Source of the DNA: Cyanobacteriota bacterium
Lineage (GTDB): Bacteria; Cyanobacteriota; Cyanobacteriia; Thermostichales; Thermostichaceae
Reading direction: 5' to 3'
Length of the DNA: 18,537 nt
Assembly (NCBI GenBank): GCA_033764955.1
Contig: JANRIL010000043.1
Span: forward strand, 1 to 18,537
The notes beneath the pieces were generated by a model. The model ran no database searches. It was not told the origin of the DNA and saw only the letters and a list, made by a program, of their open reading frames with translations. Shown here piece after piece: positions 15,226 through 18,537 of this stretch; the stretch's first letter is position 1; the number at the start of each line of letters is the position of its first letter. The position numbers and the translations under genes are program-made.

Positions 15226-16881
15226 TCAGGGGTGCGGATCCCCTACTTGATGGCTCTCCGTCTGCCAATCAAACCAAGTAAAAAACTGATCCACAAAAGG
15301 CTGCAATTCGGCCTCTACATAATAAAAATTCTCTCCGCGATCCGTAAACTCCCAAAAATCTGCTTTGGTAGAACGTAGCTCATAATGAATCGTTCGTAGG
15401 CGATGTCGGGGTTCATGTTGCATATCATGATAGATCAATTGAGCCAGCTCTGGTTGACCAGTCTGGAGATAACAAGCCGCCAGCTTGACCTGCGATTTGC
15501 GGATCCCTTGTAGAGTAATTTCCTGTTGCTCCCCCTCAGAATCTTGATCAATTTTTAGAAGTATCTCAAGTAATTTTACACCGATTTCTGATTGATGATA
15601 GTTACACAACTGAGCCAAAAGACACAAGTCAAAAGCAAAGGTTTCAGACAGGAAAAACAATCCGGCTTTATAGGCAATTAAACTATAGTAACGAAAGTAT
15701 TGAGCAATGTCTAGGACAATACTATGTCGCCTATTTAGCAATGCGGATTCTGCTAACAAGCGATATTGCTTGAGAATATTGTAACCGGTACGGATATCTT
15801 TCGTGTTGATAACAGCTCTTAGATAGGTATTAAAGAATTTAATACTCAGGTTAATAATTTCATCTTTTTGACTCTGAAAAGCTCTGTCAGCTATCTCACG
15901 AGTATTGATGCTAATAATATAACAGGCTTCCCGTAGTTCGTTGAGAGATTCATTAAATATAGCCTGATATTGTCGAAATATCTTAAGTTCTACCCATATT
16001 TTTTCGGTTTCGATCTCTCGTAAATGAGCCAGATCAACGGAAACAAAGTCAGGATCCCGACAAACAGCAGGGGTTAACAAAAACCAATGGTGGGGCAGTT
16101 TGTGTTTGTAAGTTCCATAAAAGAGAAAAAAGGTTTTTAGGCTATCGAGAGAATCCAGCATAATCAGGTTTTCCCGTTGTCGAATGGCACTAGCTGCAAT
16201 TCCCTTAATTTCATCGAGGGCGGATAAACACTGTTGATGAACCTCCTGGATTGGCTGATCCAGACGATAGCGAAAAGCATTGATAATCGATTGGCGGGTT
16301 TGTTGCTCAATACGATCAATAATCGAAGTAGGTCGAAGAAAGTTAAAAACAAAGATAAAGTAGGGAATTAACACTAAGAAAGATAGTGTGCCCAAAATTA
16401 AATTTAGCCAAATTAATAAAATTGGCTTGGCAACCACACTAAAAACCAGGGCTGTCCAAACCGCTGTTAGGGTAGAAACAATCAAAAAGAGAATGATAAA
16501 AAAGTTGATTTTTTCTCGTAAAAACAACTCGGTGACTTTGGGGGTAAAGCGATCAGCACTCAGTTGAACAACAATAGCCACCACCGAAATCGTAAATCCC
16601 AGCACCCCCGAAAGCACTTGAGCCAAGGTACCGATGAATCCCTGAAGAGCTTCGGTATCCTCAATCCGCGCCCCCGAAACCATGCGCTTCAGATCGGATC
16701 CCAAAAAAAGCAACCCCACCAGTAAGATCACTAAACCCAACCCCATCAGCCCGCCAATCATCGGGATCCCCAGCTTGGATATGGGTTTGGGGTTCCAGGG
16801 TAAGGGCAGCGAAGAAGGAGAGGGCACGTCGGGATCCCAGAGGAAGGTTTGTTCTTCAATAGTAATGGGGATGCCTTCCAT
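15226..16881 (-). CDS. DUF2254 family predicted membrane protein (about 4 N-terminal TM helices plus a large helical soluble domain)
   Basis: GVLGFTISVVAIVVQLSADRFTPKVTELFL matches the DUF2254 core; hydrophobic segments in the first 180 aa; 551 aa open frame. Confidence 0.78.
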   Translation of the reverse strand: MEGIPITIEEQTFLWDPDVPSPSSLPLPWNPKPISKLGIPMIGGLMGLGLVILLVGLLFLGSDLKRMVSGARIEDTEALQGFIGTLAQVLSGVLGFTISVVAIVVQLSADRFTPKVTELFLREKINFFIILFLIVSTLTAVWTALVFSVVAKPILLIWLNLILGTLSFLVLIPYFIFVFNFLRPTSIIDRIEQQTRQSIINAFRYRLDQPIQEVHQQCLSALDEIKGIAASAIRQRENLIMLDSLDSLKTFFLFYGTYKHKLPHHWFLLTPAVCRDPDFVSVDLAHLREIETEKIWVELKIFRQYQAIFNESLNELREACYIISINTREIADRAFQSQKDEIINLSIKFFNTYLRAVINTKDIRTGYNILKQYRLLAESALLNRRHSIVLDIAQYFRYYSLIAYKAGLFFLSETFAFDLCLLAQLCNYHQSEIGVKLLEILLKIDQDSEGEQQEITLQGIRKSQVKLAACYLQTGQPELAQLIYHDMQHEPRHRLRTIHYELRSTKADFWEFTDRGENFYYVEAELQPFVDQFFTWFDWQTESHQVGDPHP

Positions 16882-16907
16882 TCCGGCTTCTCTCCATCTG
16901 CAAGGAG

Positions 16908-16947
16908 ATAGTAGCCCCTGAGGATTTATCTCGGTAAGATTCGCTAC
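16908..16947 (-). promoter_or_regulatory. Putative NtcA-activated promoter of the DUF2254 gene
   Basis: Minus strand tGTA-GCGAATCT-TAC (16947-16934) is a perfect GTA-N8-TAC. A -10 element TACTAT (16913-16908) lies 20 nt downstream and the start codon is at 16881. Spacing is slightly shorter than the canonical 22 nt. Confidence 0.5.
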
Positions 16948-17204
16948 AGGTGTCTGGCTTATCCCAGGGGTGAGCCTAGGTTAGGGGTGGTGTATGGTTA
17001 GCGATCAGTCAATACGGCAGGTTCGCCTATCGGTGGCTTTAATGATGTTGAGCATTCTGTTCTATTGTTTTTTTTCCCGTTTTGATGCAGGTCAAGGGAT
17101 CACTCCACAGTTCCCTGGTCAAATGGTCAGGCAGAATAAGCCATAACGTACAATTAGCAAGACAACTGGCACCACCTGACAGGGCAACCCTGCACCCAGC
17201 CAAG

Positions 17205-17600
17205 ATGACCCACGATCCGAGTCAAGACATTTCCGCGCTGCGGCAAGCCATGCAGTCTCGCCAGATTCCTCAAGTGGCAAAGGTGATCAACCATTTGGCT
17301 GAGTCTGAGCGTTCCCACGTTGTCACCCCCGTTTTGCAAGAACTCGCCCTGACGGATCCCGCCACCGCCCAGTGGTTTATTCGGCATGTCATGACGGAAG
17401 CAACCCGTCAGCAACTCAAACAAGGGATCCAAGCTGCCGCGATTGACTATATGCAGGAAGCTGGGTTTCTGGAAGGGGAAGCGTTTTGGTGGCAGGGAGA
17501 AACCCTGGTTTTGAGCCAAGCCAGTTTGCCCTATGCGGCGGCGGATGATGATCCCTTGGGTCAGCTATTGGTGGCTGAATTTTGTCAACTATCGGACTAA
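17205..17600 (+). CDS. Hypothetical protein (131 aa)
   Basis: ATG 17205 (MTHDPSQDISALRQ...) gives a helical, natural-looking protein with host-like composition. No family recognised; the extension to 17082 is doubtful. Confidence 0.65.
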   Translation: MTHDPSQDISALRQAMQSRQIPQVAKVINHLAESERSHVVTPVLQELALTDPATAQWFIRHVMTEATRQQLKQGIQAAAIDYMQEAGFLEGEAFWWQGETLVLSQASLPYAAADDDPLGQLLVAEFCQLSD

Positions 17601-17779
17601 AAGTTTTCCCTGCTGGAATGGGAAAGTACTGGATAAGCCGAGAGGAATCGGTGAAGGGGTAGAGTGATAGGTAACAAAGCTGCTCTTATCCAAGCATCTG
17701 AAACAAGTAAATAATTTTGGTAGTGCCCCTGGAGTAATGATACTATTCGCCTGAGTTTTTTCTATTTCTTATCTGAGCC

Positions 17780-18049
17780 ATGTTTACCTGTCCAAACTGT
17801 CATTCTTCTAATTTTGTTAACCAAGGCAAAACCCATAATAAAAAACAACGATATAAACAATATAGACGCCATAATGGCCATGGGCAGTTTACCCCTGATT
17901 CCTCTCAGAAAGTTATTTCGGATGCGGATAGATCTTTAGTGGATAAACTCTTGCTAGAACGACTTTCCATCGCTGCCATATCTCCAATAACAAACATCTT
18001 AGAATCATGGCTACAAAACTATATCAATCATATAATCATTCCAATTTAA
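17780..18049 (+). pseudogene. IS1-family transposase InsA-like remnant
   Basis: CPNC...GKTHNKKQRY...QF...VDKLLLERLSIAAI...ESWLQNYIN. The second CxxC has decayed to RHNG and the frame runs into an inserted sequence at about 18031. Confidence 0.82.
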
Positions 18050-18124
18050 TTTGAGAATCGCAAAGCCTCTCACCGCTTGCATACAGGGACTTAGATAGTC
18101 GCATTCTTATCTGGAATAACCATA
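18031..18124. mobile_element. Degenerate MITE-like insert of about 94 bp, bounded by TA, inside the IS1 remnant
   Basis: Left TATAATCATTCCAATTTAATTTGAGAA vs right (reverse complement) TATGGTTATTCCAGATAAGAATGCGAC, 16/27 identical with a shared ATTCCA core. It interrupts insA where only about 15 codons are expected before the A-run. Confidence 0.5.
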
Positions 18125-18171
18125 GATCCGCATTATACGTCACAAATCATGGAGGTTTATCCGTAAAAAAA

Positions 18172-18396
18172 GGCACTTAGTTCGCGTTAGCGTCTTTTCC
18201 CGCAATGCGATGTTTGCGTAGCTTGGTATAGCCATTACTGTGATTGTTTGTAGGATCCAAAGAAAATCAGCAATGGCTCTGGATAGCCATGGAGAAAGAG
18301 ACTCGAATGGTTGTAGCCACTTATTTCGGATCCAGAACTAGAGATAGTGCAAAAAAGGTTATGGAAGAGACTGCCAAAAGCTTGGGAAAATAATAG
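18172..18396 (+). pseudogene. IS1-family transposase InsB (DDE) remnant
   Basis: QCD (18203-11)...L*LFVGSKENQQWLWIAMEKETRMVVATYFGSRTRDSAK, then a frameshift at A6 (18351-56) to RLWKRLPKAW. Matches the InsB pattern CDExWSFVGxKxxxxWxWxA. Confidence 0.82.
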
Positions 18397-18537
18397 TACA
18401 GCCTATTCGACGATTAGCTAGTACAGTAACAGCACTTGGTAAACCAGTTTCTGAATGATGCCTTCTCTACCAAATATAGTGCGATCTCTATCAGCTTTTC
18501 TATGCTTTCCATCCCCCTAGAAGGAAACAGTCGGACA
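18397..18537 (-). mobile_element. IS630-family element, right end with transposase C-terminus (continues beyond the window)
   Basis: Minus frame 18536-18414 reads VRLFPSRGMESIEKLIEIALYLVEKASFRNWFTKCCYCTS*; NWFxxCCYCTS is a typical cyanobacterial IS630 C-terminus. The end TA-CAGC-N18-GTACAG starts at TA 18397-98. Confidence 0.75.

Larger units (their letters stand above)
1026..16838. repeat. Dispersed highly iterated palindrome GGGATCCC (HIP1 variant)
   Basis: About 25 perfect copies, e.g. 1026, 1584, 4220, 4487, 5038, 5591, 6084, 6991, 7722, 7780, 8467, 8830, 9545, 10017, 10082, 10512, 11244, 11873, 12362, 12825, 14010, 14564, 14855, 16763, 16831, plus many single-mismatch copies. About 0.3 copies expected by chance. 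Confidence 0.93.
17719..18396 (+). mobile_element. Decayed IS1-family element (insA/insB remnant)
   Basis: IS1-like left end GGTAGTG at 17719, an insA-like ORF, an A7 frameshift-type run at 18165-18171 and insB fragments. Truncated on the right by an IS630 end. Confidence 0.82.

Noticed and set aside
17604..17692. Weak inverted repeats after the hypothetical gene (TTTTCCC/GGGAAAG and TGGATAAG/CTTATCCA)
   Set aside because: Short stems with long loops and no U tract; compatible with chance.
18397..18417. Reading ACAGCCTATTCGACGATTAG as a continuation of InsB (resembling AY-S/T-DDW)
   Set aside because: The same bases fit the IS630 end pattern TACAGC-N18-GTACAG, 17 nt beyond the IS630 transposase stop. 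The IS630 reading is preferred, but the exact boundary is not certain.
1..18537. CRISPR array, tRNA or rRNA genes
   Set aside because: No regularly spaced repeat-spacer units, cloverleaf structures or rRNA-like sequence were seen; the GGGATCCC copies are irregularly dispersed.

Overview
Cyanobacterial chromosomal window. The octamer GGGATCCC is strongly over-represented (about 25 perfect copies by hand count; no canonical HIP1 GCGATCGC seen), which points to the Thermostichus / Synechococcus OS-A/OS-B'-related lineage. Left to right: the 3' end of an IS200/IS605 tnpB element with an intact right-end hairpin; a DUF1815 gene; a sufB-[frameshifted nuclease-fold gene]-sufC-sufD operon with no adjacent sufS; divergent sufR with both SufR operator sites; an unannotated, highly structured two-hairpin element of about 135-150 nt preceded by a perfect 14-bp tandem repeat (best candidate for a novel ncRNA or RNA switch); a TPQ copper amine oxidase; a Ser/Thr kinase with 32 TPR repeats; DUF4346, cobU and a DUF2254 membrane protein behind a perfect NtcA box; a small hypothetical gene; and a nest of decayed mobile elements (IS1 remnant containing a MITE-like insert, two 20-23 nt micro-inserts and an IS630 end). 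Family assignments come from recognising motifs by eye; no searches were run.
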